64,000 nucleotides of DNA from Felis catus (Eukaryota), in the NCBI RefSeq assembly GCF_018350175.1, contig NC_058368.1:106580001-106644000 (forward strand), written 5' to 3'. This document shows positions 37,370-49,110 of this stretch, piece after piece. Position numbers and translations under genes: made by a program. The notes beneath the pieces are model-generated. The model ran no database searches. It worked only from the letters and a program-made list of their open reading frames with translations, and had not been told where the DNA came from. Each line of letters starts with the position of its first letter. Within the stretch, counting starts at the first letter, position 1.

Positions 37370-37618
37370 CTCTCCCTTTCTTTCTTTCTTACTTTTCTTT
37401 TCTTTTCTCTTTCTTTTCTTTTTCTTCCTTCCTTCCTTCCTTCCTTCCTTCCTTCCTTCCTTCCTTCCCTTTCCTTTCCTTTCCTTTCTTTCTCTCTCTT
37501 TCTTTCTTTCCTTCCCTCCCTTTTCCCTCCTTATTTCCTTCCTTCCTTGCCTCCCTCCCTCCCTTTTCCTTCCTTCCTTCCTTCCTTCCTTCCTTCCTTC
37601 CTTCCTTCCTTCCTTTTT
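37370..37618. repeat. Polypyrimidine compound microsatellite (CTTC)n/(TTTC)n/(CCCT)n
   Basis: ~250 bp almost purely pyrimidine on the + strand. Confidence 0.97.
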
Positions 37619-37696
37619 TAAAATAAGGTCTACACCCGATGTGGGGTTTGAACTCAACAGTTGCATGTTGTACTGACTCAGCCAGCCAGGAACCCC
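37619..37696 (-). mobile_element. Short tRNA-Lys-like CanSINE head
   Basis: ctacacccgatgtggggtttgaactc..gactcagccagccaggaacccc. Confidence 0.8.
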
Positions 37697-37910
37697 GGTA
37701 TATATTCTCATATTCTCTTTCATGCCTCCATCCATAACTCGTGTTTTCTTCCACCATCTGTTTTCTAAGTTTCCAAAATTTTAGCCCAAACCAGATCCCT
37801 TTTCTGTCATTTAGACTCCCATCTTTAGCTATGAGCCAGGTAACTCAGTTTAAATATCCTAAATATTTCAAACTTGGTCCTACACTAAGCTCTTAAATCC
37901 TTTCCCACAA

Positions 37911-37913
<3 letters not shown>

Positions 37914-37941
<28 letters not shown>
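37914..37941. repeat. (TG)n microsatellite
   Basis: Directly visible. Confidence 0.95.
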
Positions 37942-37943
<2 letters not shown>

Positions 37944-38317
37944 TTTTTAAACGATTACTTAATCTACTTCCTTTGCTTTCTGGCCCTTCTACTGAGCCAT
38001 CCATCCGAGGTGGTCTTGCTGTTTTCCATCTTTCACAGCTAATCAGCACCACATTCTTACAACTCAAACTGGTAGGTATCTCTCACATCCATCTCTTCCT
38101 TTTTTCTAATTTAACCTAAGGCCCTCAGTTTTTATTTACCTGAATAAATGAGTCATCTCCTAATTTTTTTTCTTGTCTTTATTGCTTACTTCAGTTAAAG
38201 AAATTTTTCTAAGATATAGATAATGTCATGTAACTTCCTGCCTTAAATTATTAAATGGTTCCCTTCCCTTTAGCTGAGCTTTCTACCTGGTATATTGAGC
38301 ATAAGGACATGTGTGAA

Positions 38318-39266
38318 CAGTAGGGCATCTATAGGTATTTAACAACCTGCTCTCCATGAGGAAATAAAGTGTGTGTGTGTAATATGCACACATACATGTA
38401 CATACAACTGTGTGCACATGTATGCACATAAACATAAGTCCAGTCTACTTCAGTGAGGTAAAGAATACATCATACACATGCACAGCATACAGTTTACACA
38501 TTAAAAAATGTGATACTCTTATAAATTCAAGATACCATTTATTCTAATAGACTGCTTTTGTTGATTTTTGCTGCTCTCGTAGATCTGGAGCCAACTATGA
38601 TTGCAGTTGATAAAGAGCTATAGATCTGACATGCATGTTAATGATATTTTTGTTTACATTAGTGATGAAGATGAACGTGAACAGTGATAACACACGTTGG
38701 AGCTTCACTCGCTAGTCAATGACATGCAACTTTGCTTCATCAGCCAACAGTTTAGTAATACTGGAAATACACCTCCTCAATTTTTTGGTTCTGTTTGCAA
38801 TGAAACAGCTATAACTACAACATATTTTGAGTGCAATCTGCATGCACACATTCCCCATCACTTTCTTAAGCCCCAGAGATCAACAAAATAATAAATAAGA
38901 ACTTGATTTATAATGTCTGCTGATTTTTCCTGCTGTACATGCTCCCACCACCATGGCCAAGTTCAAGATACTAAGATGATGTCACTGTACAAGGAGTCAG
39001 AGATGCACAGTAGCACACGATTATTATTTCTACCATTCAGATACAATACATATAAACAGCCTCAAAAGCGTACATAAGAGATGGATTAAAATAATTGGGA
39101 AGTTAGAGGGTTTGAATGTTTGTGACATAATTTATTTGCTTGTAAGTATGTATTATGTGATATTTAACAATGGCTTGTGTTTATCAACTAGCTTGCAAAA
39201 TTCCCCGAATTTGAACAATTGGCATTCTCTAACCAGTTTTATTAGCTGATTGCAGCACTCAGCTTG
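38318..39266 (-). mobile_element. MER63C/D-like hAT-Blackjack non-autonomous DNA transposon
   Basis: Reverse complement of recalled MER63 motifs: ccatggccaagttcaag..gatgtcactg; gagatgcacagtagcacac; gcaaaattcc..aacaattggc; catcactttcttaag; ~950 bp. Confidence 0.75.
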
Positions 39267-41074
39267 TGGTGCCCAAGTTCTTGATCTGCTGGCTGTGCAG
39301 GCAGCTTGTGAGGCTTGGGCCTCAGTGATAGCTGAACTCTCGGCTCTCACCCTCGCACAAAGAATTCCTCCTAGGTTTTCACTTCCTGGATGAGAAGCTT
39401 TGGTGAAACTATCTCTTGCCCATGCATAAAGGAATTACTTCCTTTCTGCCTCACTCTTACTGCTTATGTTTCTCTACCTCCTGCAGCATCTGTCACATGC
39501 ACTGGGAGTATTTCTCATTCCCCTACTACCCTAACAGTCTCAAGAGTCTGTGGTGAAGAACTCTGACCCATAATAGATGTTCATTTCATTGTCTAGGAAT
39601 ACATGTATAAAAGGTAAGTGGGCTGGTAGGGCTGACAGAAAACAGGAAATTGAACGTTATCACCAGAATGTAGGGCTCCCTAGCAGCCTAGACAACCTGG
39701 CTCTTGACATTAGCTAGCAGGAGAAAATCAAAGCACCTCACTGAGGGGTTAGTGAGAAAGCACTGAAGAGTAACAGGGCAGTCTGTCAGCACGCGCCTTA
39801 GGAAAGGATCAACAAGTCCTTGCAAGATCAAAAGTACTTCAAAAGATTCTCCAGAGACTGGCAAGGTACTGCATGATAAACTTAGTTGGAAATTTCAAAG
39901 TAACAAGAGTAGTCAGAGATAACAGAATCCTTAGCCTTGCGGGAGCCCTCTATGCTTCTAATTAGGATTTCCTTAACCCACTCGGCACCTAGGGATCCAA
40001 TAGCAGTATTGTTGCTGCTTCCAACATAGAAAGTAAAACAAGTATCCGAAACAATGGCAGAGCAGGTGTGGCCCTTCAAACATTGCCCCTAATGTGCTCG
40101 GAGTTTAAAAAGCAAAGCAGTAAAGGCTGGCTCTTGTCTACCTTGTCCTCTTTCATTTTTTTATGTAGCTTCTGTTTGAACATGTTCTCTGATGGGGAAC
40201 TCACTACCCCTCTCACTTTTTATTCTGTATTTGGCAAAATAGAAACCAGGAAGGCTGATAATAGAATTCTGTAACTAAGCCAGTCATTTATCAACATGGC
40301 GGTGTTACTTTGAAATCCACTCTGCTGGCCTGCACAAAGGTTGGCAAAAGATGATAACACTGCCAGGGTCCTATCTGTCCACAGGGATCCTTGCCCATAG
40401 GGCAGATAAAGACTAATTTAAAAATCTCGGTGCTGCTCACGCTGAAGCCGTATGATCACAGCATGACCAGGTTGGCATGATCACACTTTGTTTATATCTT
40501 TGCGGTTTCCGTGGACCAATGATAATAAAAATAAATACATTTGTCAGACATCTACCATCTTCAACACTGATTATTGTTAATTTTGTAACATTATTAAAGC
40601 TTAATTCTTGCAATAAATGAAGATGTTTGTGACAGGTTGAAGATTTTCATACTGTATCAGGAACTGGTAGAAAAGCTTATATCTAATATCTATACTTATA
40701 GAGTTCAGAGACTCAGATGAATTAACTCACCCAAGTCAATGTAGGCTAGAATTGGCACACCTCTATTTGAATGGAGGCCTAACTCTAAAGTTATATTCTT
40801 TGACCTAGAACATTAAATAAAGATATACTTCATTCATTAGACATTAAAGTGGTACAAGTTCACACTATTAATAATGAGTCATAGGTCTATAACATCATCT
40901 TTAAGTATAGACATTAGTAATAAAAATGTAACTCGTTTCCCTCCAGAGTGAGAAAGAAACATCTGAAATATCTAGATGTCGATCTTCATGTCTACACATA
41001 GTCATACATTCACAGAAATGCACAAAGTTGTGGAACTCTTCACTTCTTACTCTTAGCTGGTATACGTATTAATA

Positions 41075-41520
41075 TCTTCCCTTCAGCAAACAGTATTGAC
41101 TGAGGACCAGGCAATGTGCTAAGCACTGCTGAACAAGGCAAGCACAATTCCTGTCACCCGAAGAATGAACATTTTAGCTTAAGAAGGCAGATTCTAAACA
41201 TACAAGTAGGGGCACCTGGGTGGCTCCATTGGTTAAAAATCCGACTCTCGATTTTGGCTCGTGTCATGATCTCGTGCTTCGTGAGATTGGGCCCCACCTC
41301 AGTCTCTGTGCTGACAGCGTGGAGCCTACTTGGGATTCTCTCTCTCTGCCCCTCTCCCACTTGTGCTTCACAGTCTCCCTCTCATAATAAGTAAACATTA
41401 AGAGAACATGCAAGTAAAAAGTGAGCACATAAGTAACTGTGATCATTGCCGACTGTGGAAGTTGTTAGAAGGAAAAACTGTGACCTTGCAGAGAACAATC
41501 AGAAGGTGACCACTAAAAGC
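41075..41520 (-). mobile_element. L2 3' fragment split by a SINE
   Basis: ttcagcaaacagtattgactgaggaccaggcaatgtgctaagcactg..aacaag. Confidence 0.55.
41209..41404 (+). mobile_element. CanSINE
   Basis: TSD aacatacaagta/aacatgcaagta. Confidence 0.93.
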
Positions 41521-41779
41521 CAAGTAATTAAGTTACTGCTCTTTTCTTCAACAGCAGTAGCATTGATAAAGCACATATCTGTGGGTTTCTAGGAAGGAAA
41601 AAAAAATCATTGTTAGATACTTAAATCAACCTTGCTGCACAATATGAGTGATGTAAAAAAGAATCAATTCTTTCAATCAGAATGAAGCTTTGATTGATGT
41701 TTTAGGTGCTTTGAAAAGAAGAATTTAGCAAGTGATAACCTTTACTTAAAACCTTAATGTTTATGAGCAACTTACTGTT

Positions 41780-41973
41780 CTTTTTTTAAGTTTATTTATT
41801 ATGAGAGAAGGAGGTGCGGGAGGGGCAGAAAGAGGGAGAGAGAGAATCCCAAGCCGGCTCCACACTGTTAGCACAGAACCCAGCCTAAGGCTTGAACTCC
41901 TGAACTGTTGGATCATGACCTGAGCTGAAATCAAGAGTCAGACATTCAATTGACTGAGCCACCCAGGTGCTCC
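41780..41973 (-). mobile_element. CanSINE
   Basis: TSD aacttactgtt x2. Confidence 0.93.
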
Positions 41974-42477
41974 AACTTACTGTTGATAATAGGTAGTTAG
42001 TAAATGCTATTTTGTTTCTATTTAAAGAAAAAACTATACTCCTCTTCCTGCGGTGGAGATAGAATTACAGCTACAGACATTTGGATCAGTGGACTCCCAG
42101 GAATCATTAGGGAAAGTGGCTATCTATCTACATCTATTTATCTATATGATAGAAGTTGGAAGTGCCAGGTGCCCTGGCCAGGCTTGGGTCCCCAGGCACT
42201 GGGATGTGTCCTTTCGCAGGTCCTAACTGGTTTATACCATCTGTAAAATGAGAGTGTTGCATCACTCAGCGATGGCTGAGATTCCAGTTGTAACAGTCTC
42301 TGAATCCGTGTTCAGATTCAAATAAACTAACCATAGAAATTTGTAAATGATCTAGCTCTCAAGACAAGATTAGAATTTGTGAAAGTTGAGTGCAGAAGAA
42401 CTGTTTGGGCTACCTTTTAATATTTTGGACATTGGTTCAGGAATGTTAAGCACCTGGCTCTAAAGTCATCGGATATT

Positions 42478-42651
42478 GGAGCACCTGGGTGGTACTCATG
42501 AATTTCAGCCCTGCATTAGGCTCTGTACTGACAGCTCAGAGCCTGGAGCCCGCTTCAGATTCTGTGTCTCCCATTCTCTCTGCCCCTCCTTTGCTCATGG
42601 TCTGTCTCTCTCTCTCTCTCTCAAAAATAAATAAACATTAAAAAAAATTTT
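42478..42651 (+). mobile_element. CanSINE with ~45-bp deletion in the tRNA head
   Basis: gcacctgggtggt|actcatgaatttcagccc; TSD aagtcatcggatat/aagtcactggatat. Confidence 0.9.
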
Positions 42652-43394
42652 AAGTCACTGGATATAGATACCACCTGACTAAATCATAATTTTCCAGTGC
42701 AGTGTCTTTATTTTAAAAGGAAACTGCAGCTCACAGACATGAGGGGCTATGTCATTGTCCTAGTGGTCACGGCTAAACCGAAACTAGGCTCCAGACGTAA
42801 CTCAGTCCTTGAGCTGCTACCACAGTAGTCTCTGAGGTTAACTCTGGATCATGTCTCTTCACATGAATTTTTAAATCTGAATCAGACACGTTCTGTTTCT
42901 GACTTCACTTCTCTCCTTTTTCTTTATTGTTCATTCTAAATAATTCATAACATTAATATTTTGGAGATACATTCCAATCAATATGATGAGAAGTCTGTTA
43001 TTCCAGACCATCAGACCATACCTCCAAGCCAGTGCCCATGAAAAAAAGGCTAGGGGAATAGGATGTAATTTAATTTGCCTGCTTTGTTCTTTCTCATTTC
43101 TTTTGAACTCTGCTCTTTTGTTAATGATAAAACCAATCATGGCACTATCACTGTAACACTGACAGTTCTGTCCACATGGAATTTCAAATTTTGTATAGGA
43201 CATCCAACCCTAGCTGTGTATGAAAAAAGGAGTCAAGTTTCACCGTGCTTCTTGGTGAACATGTTCTTTATACCATTACCAACAAAGTAGAGTTGTAATC
43301 ATGAACACTCTTGTAACATTCTCTGAATAATCTGGCCACCGCAAAGAAAACCTATGTCCCAACAGAAAGTCGTACACTAATGATTATTCAAAAT

Positions 43395-43797
43395 CATCAA
43401 AGGACAGGCACAACCCATTTCAAAGGAAGACTGGATAAATGAGTGTGGTATGCTACAATATGGATGAATCTTGACAACATTATGGGAAATGAAAAAGCAC
43501 TCATAAGACATCACATATTGTATGATCATATCCAAGACCAAATTTGAGAAGTCCGAGACATGGAAATCTATAGAGACAAAAGATAGGTTGTTGGTTACCG
43601 GGGGCTGGAAGGAAGAATGGAAATGACAACTATTTTGGTACAGGGCTGCTTTTAGGGGTGATGAAAATGTTCTTAAATTAGATTGCAGTGCTATTTGCAT
43701 ATTTCTGTGGCTTTACTGTAAACACTAAATCTTATGCTTTAGATGAGTGAATTTTATAGTATATGGATTATATCTCATTAAAATTGTTTAAAAAAAT
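43395..43797 (+). mobile_element. L1MB-type 3' end
   Basis: atggatgaatcttgacaacattatg..atattgtatgat..aatctatagagacaaaag..ggggtgatgaaaatgttct..tatatctc. Confidence 0.85.
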
Positions 43798-43939
43798 CAT
43801 CTGTCTACATAGGTATCTCTTTACTACCCAAGAACTTGGGCTTCCCAAGTTAATCTTTAGAAACTGTGAGAAGCTAAAAGCACTTTCATAGGTGACTTAA
43901 AGTTTCACAGAACTTGAAGAAATCTTTGAATTGATAATA

Positions 43940-44165
43940 TAATAGTTCAAATCTTATGCTCTGAGGTCAGATTGCTTAGGTTTAACTCCTGGCTCTGTTA
44001 GTAACAAGATGTGTGATCTTGGAAATTATTTTCTTTGATCCTTAGATTCCTAATTGGTAAACAAGGATAATAATAGTACCTTGTTCATAGGTAAATTAAT
44101 GACTATTTTGTGCAGTTCTGGCTAGCACAATGTACTTCCAGTAGTTGAATAATTGATTGTCATAT
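43940..44165 (+). mobile_element. MIR
   Basis: gctctgaggtcagattgcttaggttt..cctggctctg..tgtgtgatcttgg..ggataataatagtacct. Confidence 0.75.
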
Positions 44166-45475
44166 GATACAGGTGAAAACCCTTATTTTTTCAAACATTG
44201 TACTCTTGGCATTGTGCTTTGGAGAAGTCTGTAAAGTTGTGCAAAATCACACAGTAAAATAAAATATGCTATTTCATAGTTTAGTATTCTTAGCTATAAA
44301 ATGTCATGTCTTTTTGTTTTAAAGAAATAAAATTTGGATTTCAATTTTTACCTTTAAAGAGCTACTTTGTTTCATTGTTGGACTAAAATGTTTCTCACTT
44401 TGAAATAATTTAATCGAGTCAGTCTTTATAGGTTTAAGTCTTTCTTGGGAAAGGAACAATTGGATAAAGGGTAAAGAATCCATGTTGTGCTCATATAACA
44501 ATTATTTGAATGGATGGAAACTAAAAATAAATTCTGTATTTAATTCAGTTTATACTGTACAGATTACCCTGAAAGAAATGTTCATGAGCTTTGAAGACAG
44601 GTGACCTTCCTTTTTAAGAAGTCATCTCTAATGGGAATGATACTAAAGAATTGTAACATACAGCTGAACTGTTAGATTTTTCAAATATAATTTAGAACTA
44701 TGACACACATAAATATAAAATGATTCAGTATGTAAAGCAATACTTTCTGCAAGGCTTTTTGTCTCATGCTTTTGTTTCCCAGGAAAGGTTTAAACAGATC
44801 AGGAAAGCAATCACAAAATTGTGTTTATTTCATTTGCTGACCTGGGAGACAGAGAGCAAGAAAGTAAGAAACAAAGAGGCAAGAGAGAGAAAGAAAATGT
44901 CAAAAACATAGTAATTACCCTCTTGTTAGCAGTTTTGAAAAGGGCAACATTATTTGATCTTGATACAACTCCATCCTTTTATCATAAAGAAGATATACAA
45001 CAATGGTTTCTGGTCTGGACTGCAAAGTTTTATAGTTTAAAAGCAATTTATCTAACAAGTCTTTAAAATTCTGAAGTCATTTAGAAATGTAAACTGAAAG
45101 GCTTTTTAAACAGCATTTTTCCTATATGGAAATAAAAGGGATGAGAGCAAAATACAAACTTTGACATTTGACTGCATTTATAACCCTGGCACATTCAGTA
45201 AACATTTTGATAATGTTGAGTTAAAGTTTAAACAAATGACAAAGATATGTTCAGAACATGGGTTTCTTAGCTTAAACTTTACATCTGATTAGTTACTTCC
45301 CTAACTTTTGTGTCATGTTCCAAAAAGAAAATATTTTACCCAAGAATCAGTACTTTTAATTAGCTGAGTTCTAAAATTTGTAGCTTAAATATAGAACAAA
45401 TAAAAGATAGGTAAACAAAATCAAGAGCTCAGGTACATATTTTATTTGCTCATTTTCCTTTGTGCACCCGCTCAC

Positions 45476-45502
45476 GTGTGTGTGTGTGTGTGTGTGTGTG
45501 TG
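45476..45502. repeat. (TG)n microsatellite
   Basis: Directly visible. Confidence 0.95.
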
Positions 45503-45619
45503 CGCTCAACAAATTCTGAAGAATACTCTACCAGCTCTTTTTTTTATCTCTAATGAGACCTTAACTAAAGCAAACAATCCCCATATATTATTTCAGTTTC
45601 ACTGGTATTATTAAAATAC

Positions 45620-45960
45620 ATTTTGTGATATTGGAACTATTGTGAGTATAAAAATTAAAAAAGCATGGTCACTGTTGTGGAAAAGCACTATTCAGTGGAA
45701 GATACACACATATGAGAAATAATGGACTGAAGCTATCTCACATGTGCCATAACAAAGGTATCTGGAGAGAGCTGTGAAAATACCTGGGAAGGACAAGTAA
45801 TTGTTACTTCAGCAGATCTTGTAAGACTCTTCAGGAGCAGCATTTAGGTTGGCTTTTGACAGAAGAGTAGGTCAGGTTAGACAAGTAACTATGGGGTTTT
45901 AAGAAAGAATGCAGAAGAAAAGTCACAATGAGAAGCATTGACTTAAATGGGGGATATTCT
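45620..45960 (-). mobile_element. Degraded L2 fragment
   Basis: L2-like 3' pattern (gcatggtcactg..gtgccataacaaagg..ttttgacagaagagtagg). Confidence 0.4.
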
Positions 45961-46250
45961 GAGAACAAGTAAATTGATAGGGGGCTCTTCAATTTTCCTT
46001 TCCTTTCAGATACCCTAATTCAGCAAAGTGTGAAGCAGCCGTAGAACATTTCGCCACACCACTGTCTATGCCCATGTTTCACAGAATGCGATTGTCGAGG
46101 GGTTGTATGAATCTGAAGCTGTGGCACTTGGCTCATTTTTCAGGATGACGATAAGAACCTATACTTTTATGCTGCCACTCCTTGATGTGTTCAAACTTTG
46201 CTGGTGCCAATTTGGGCACTGGGTCATTTGCCTCTAAAGAACAGGTTGAA

Positions 46251-46464
46251 GGGGCACCTGGGTGGCTCAGTCTATTTAGCGTTCGACTTCAGCTCAGGTC
46301 ATGATCTTACGGTTCGTGGATTCGCGCTCCGTGTCAGGCTCTGTGCTGACAGCTCAGAGCCTGGAGCCTGCTTCGGATTCTGCGTCTCCCTCTCTCCTTG
46401 CACCTCTCCTGTTCATGCTCTGTCTCTGTCTCTCTCAAAAATAAATAAAACGTTAAAAAAATTT
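46251..46464 (+). mobile_element. CanSINE
   Basis: TSD aagaacaggttgaa/aagaacagcttcaa. Confidence 0.95.
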
Positions 46465-47611
46465 AAGAACAGCTTCAAGATGTGGTGCATACAGCGTGTG
46501 ACATGGCAACTGTTCTCACAATTCATGTGGTCTTATAAAACCTGTTCTGGAAGCTTCCAGATCTCAGGTTTATGAATAAATGCATTTGAAAAACAGAATT
46601 CTGTAACACTGTTGTTTTTTTTTCAATCTGCCAAGAATAATGGAATCTTTCTCCATTCTAGGAGAGAAACAGAGCAAAGAAGATATTCATCACACAATTT
46701 GAATGAAAGATGACTGGAAGGTTAATTAATTTTCTTCCACTAGGAAATTTGGACTTTGTTGCTAGAAAATTCTCTTTGGAACATGATTCACACAAATCAC
46801 TAAGCTACTGATTTGATTATAAAACTTATTTCAAAGTAAATTCATTTTTCACATTGTTGATTCAATATTGTTAAGAAGGAAACTACACAATTCATCACTT
46901 GTACTGTGAAGATGGTGTAAAAAGAAAGGAGCATGCATCAAAGGTATACACATGCAATGTTTAAAAATAAACTCCACAAATTCTCTTACTCTGTGAAAAT
47001 TTTCCACCGATCCCTTTCAGTCAAATTCACTTACACGCATCAATTTTCAATATTAGTGGATGTATAGATCTTGTTAAATTTGGGATAAATGAATACATTT
47101 ATCATATGTTCATACTATGTGTGGATCTTTGAGTGCTTCCTCCTCTGAGCTCCATATAAAAACAGAATCCTTGTTTCCAGGTGGTTAATTTGCATACTGG
47201 GGCTACCTCAGGAGGTCTCACAGGGCCTTGGCACTCAACAAAAACTGTCTGTGAGCAGTGGTATAACACAAGAAGCTTTACAATGATAGATGAACTTCCC
47301 AGAAGTCATCACCAGCTTATTTCATTGTATTACCCACAAGTATCAAGTTTACTGACAAAATTATCTTTGCATTATCTTAGATGATGATAAGTATGTTTCA
47401 TACCCATTCTCTTTCTGTTTGGAAAAAAATTCACATATAATGTTTTCATGAGGCTTCTGAACTTTGGTAAAATCCATTCCATCTTTCCACATACAAGCAA
47501 TTTTTTAAAAAATCTAGGACATTTTCAAATACATACTACACTTCAATGGTTATCCTCCAAAAGCCTGAGTTTCTCTCCAGCCCCTCCAGTGTCACCACTA
47601 CCATCCCAGTT

Positions 47612-47722
47612 AGTTTTGGTAGAAATCACCATTTGCCCAGGACATTCTTTGTTTTAGCACTGGAAGTTCCAAGTTTCAAAAAACCTGTCAATTCTGGGCA
47701 AACCAATACAGTTGGTCACCAC
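47612..47722 (-). mobile_element. MER81-like hAT-Blackjack MITE
   Basis: tttgcccaggac..gttttagcactggaagttcc..ctgggcaaacc..agttggtcacc matches recalled MER81 reverse complement. Confidence 0.7.
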
Positions 47723-47800
47723 AGATATTATTAACTTACCTAAAAATTCTCATTCTCATCAAAGATTACATCAGCATTCACTTTCTTGAGTTGCAATATT

Positions 47801-47994
47801 TGTATTTGTTTATTTGTTTGTTTGTTTGTTTGTTTGTTAGAGTGAGAGATAGGAGCAGAGACAGAGAGAATCCCAAGCAGGCTCTGCAGCCAGTGAGGAG
47901 CCTGATGCAGGGCTTGATCCCACGCCCCTGAGATCATGACCTGAGGTAAAATCAAGAGTTGGATGTCCAACTGACTGAGCCACCCAGGCGCCCC
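47801..47994 (-). mobile_element. CanSINE with (TTTG)n tail
   Basis: Body ending gccacccaggcgcccc. Confidence 0.93.
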
Positions 47995-48079
47995 TGTCAT
48001 AATTTTTTAAAATAATTTGTTTTCAGATTAGGATCCAACTAAGGTGCATAAATTGTGATTGGGTGATACGGCTCTTAAA

Positions 48080-49110
48080 TTTTTTTAGTTTTATTATTTG
48101 AGTTTTTAAAATTTAAATTCGAGTTAACTTATAGCATAGTATTGATTGCAGTAGTCAAATTTAGTGATTCATCACTTACATATGGCACCCAGTGCTCATC
48201 CCAATAATTGATCTCATCACCCAATTAGCCCATCCCCCACATACCTCCCCTCCAGCAACCCTCAGTTTGTTCTCTGTATTTAAGACTCTCTTATGGCTTC
48301 CCTCCTTCTCTGTTTTTATCTTATTTTTCCTTCCCTTCCCCTATGTTCATCTCTTGTGTTTCTTAAATTCCACATAGAAGTGAAATCATATGATAATGGT
48401 CTTTCTCTGATTGACTTATTTTGCTTAGCATATTACATTCTTGTTCCATCCACATTGTTGCAAATGGGAAGACTTCATTCTTTTTGATGCCTGAGTAATA
48501 CTCCATTGTATTATATATACCACATCTTCTTTATCCATTCATCAGTTGATGGGCACTTGGGCTCTTTCCATACTTTGGCTATTGTTGGTAGCACTGCTGT
48601 AAACATTGGGGTGCATGTGCCCCTTCAAATCAGCATTTTTGTATCCTTTGGATAAATACCTAGTAGTACAATTGATGGGTCATAGGGTAGTTCTGTTTTT
48701 AACTTTTTGAGGAAGCTCCATACTGTTTTCCAAAGTGGCTGCACCAGTTTGCATTCCCACCAACAGTGCAAAAGTGTTCCTCTTTCTCTGCATCCTTGTC
48801 AACACCTGTTGTTTCCTGAGTTGTTAATTTTAGCCATTCTGACAGGTGTGAGGTGGTATCTCATGGCGGTTTTGATTTGCATTTCCCCGATGATGAGTGA
48901 CGTTGAGCATCTTTTCATGTGTCTGTTAGCCATCTGGATGTCCTCTTTGGAGAAACATCTTTTCACGTCTTCCCATTTCTTCACTGGATTATTTGTTTTT
49001 TAGGTATTGAGTTTGGTAAGATTTTTACAGATTTTGGATACTCACCTTTTATCCAATAAGTCATTTGCAAATATCTTCTCCCATTCCACCAGTTACCTTT
49101 TAATTTTGAT
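48080..49110 (-). mobile_element. 5'-truncated carnivore L1 (ORF2 C-term + 3'UTR), nested in an older L1MC-like fragment
   Basis: ORF remnant [24 protein letters not shown]; collinear with the L1 at 14.2-15.4 kb; flanks 48010-48075 and 49130-49300 look like old L1MC 3' sequence. Confidence 0.93.

Noticed and set aside
37313..37757. Four overlapping ORFs (LPSF/RKEG repeats)
   Set aside because: Translations of a stop-free microsatellite
45985..46150. Strong + strand acceptor (ttttcctttcctttcag at 46009) as a coding exon
   Set aside because: Two frames stop early; the third gives an unrecognised peptide; no convincing donor
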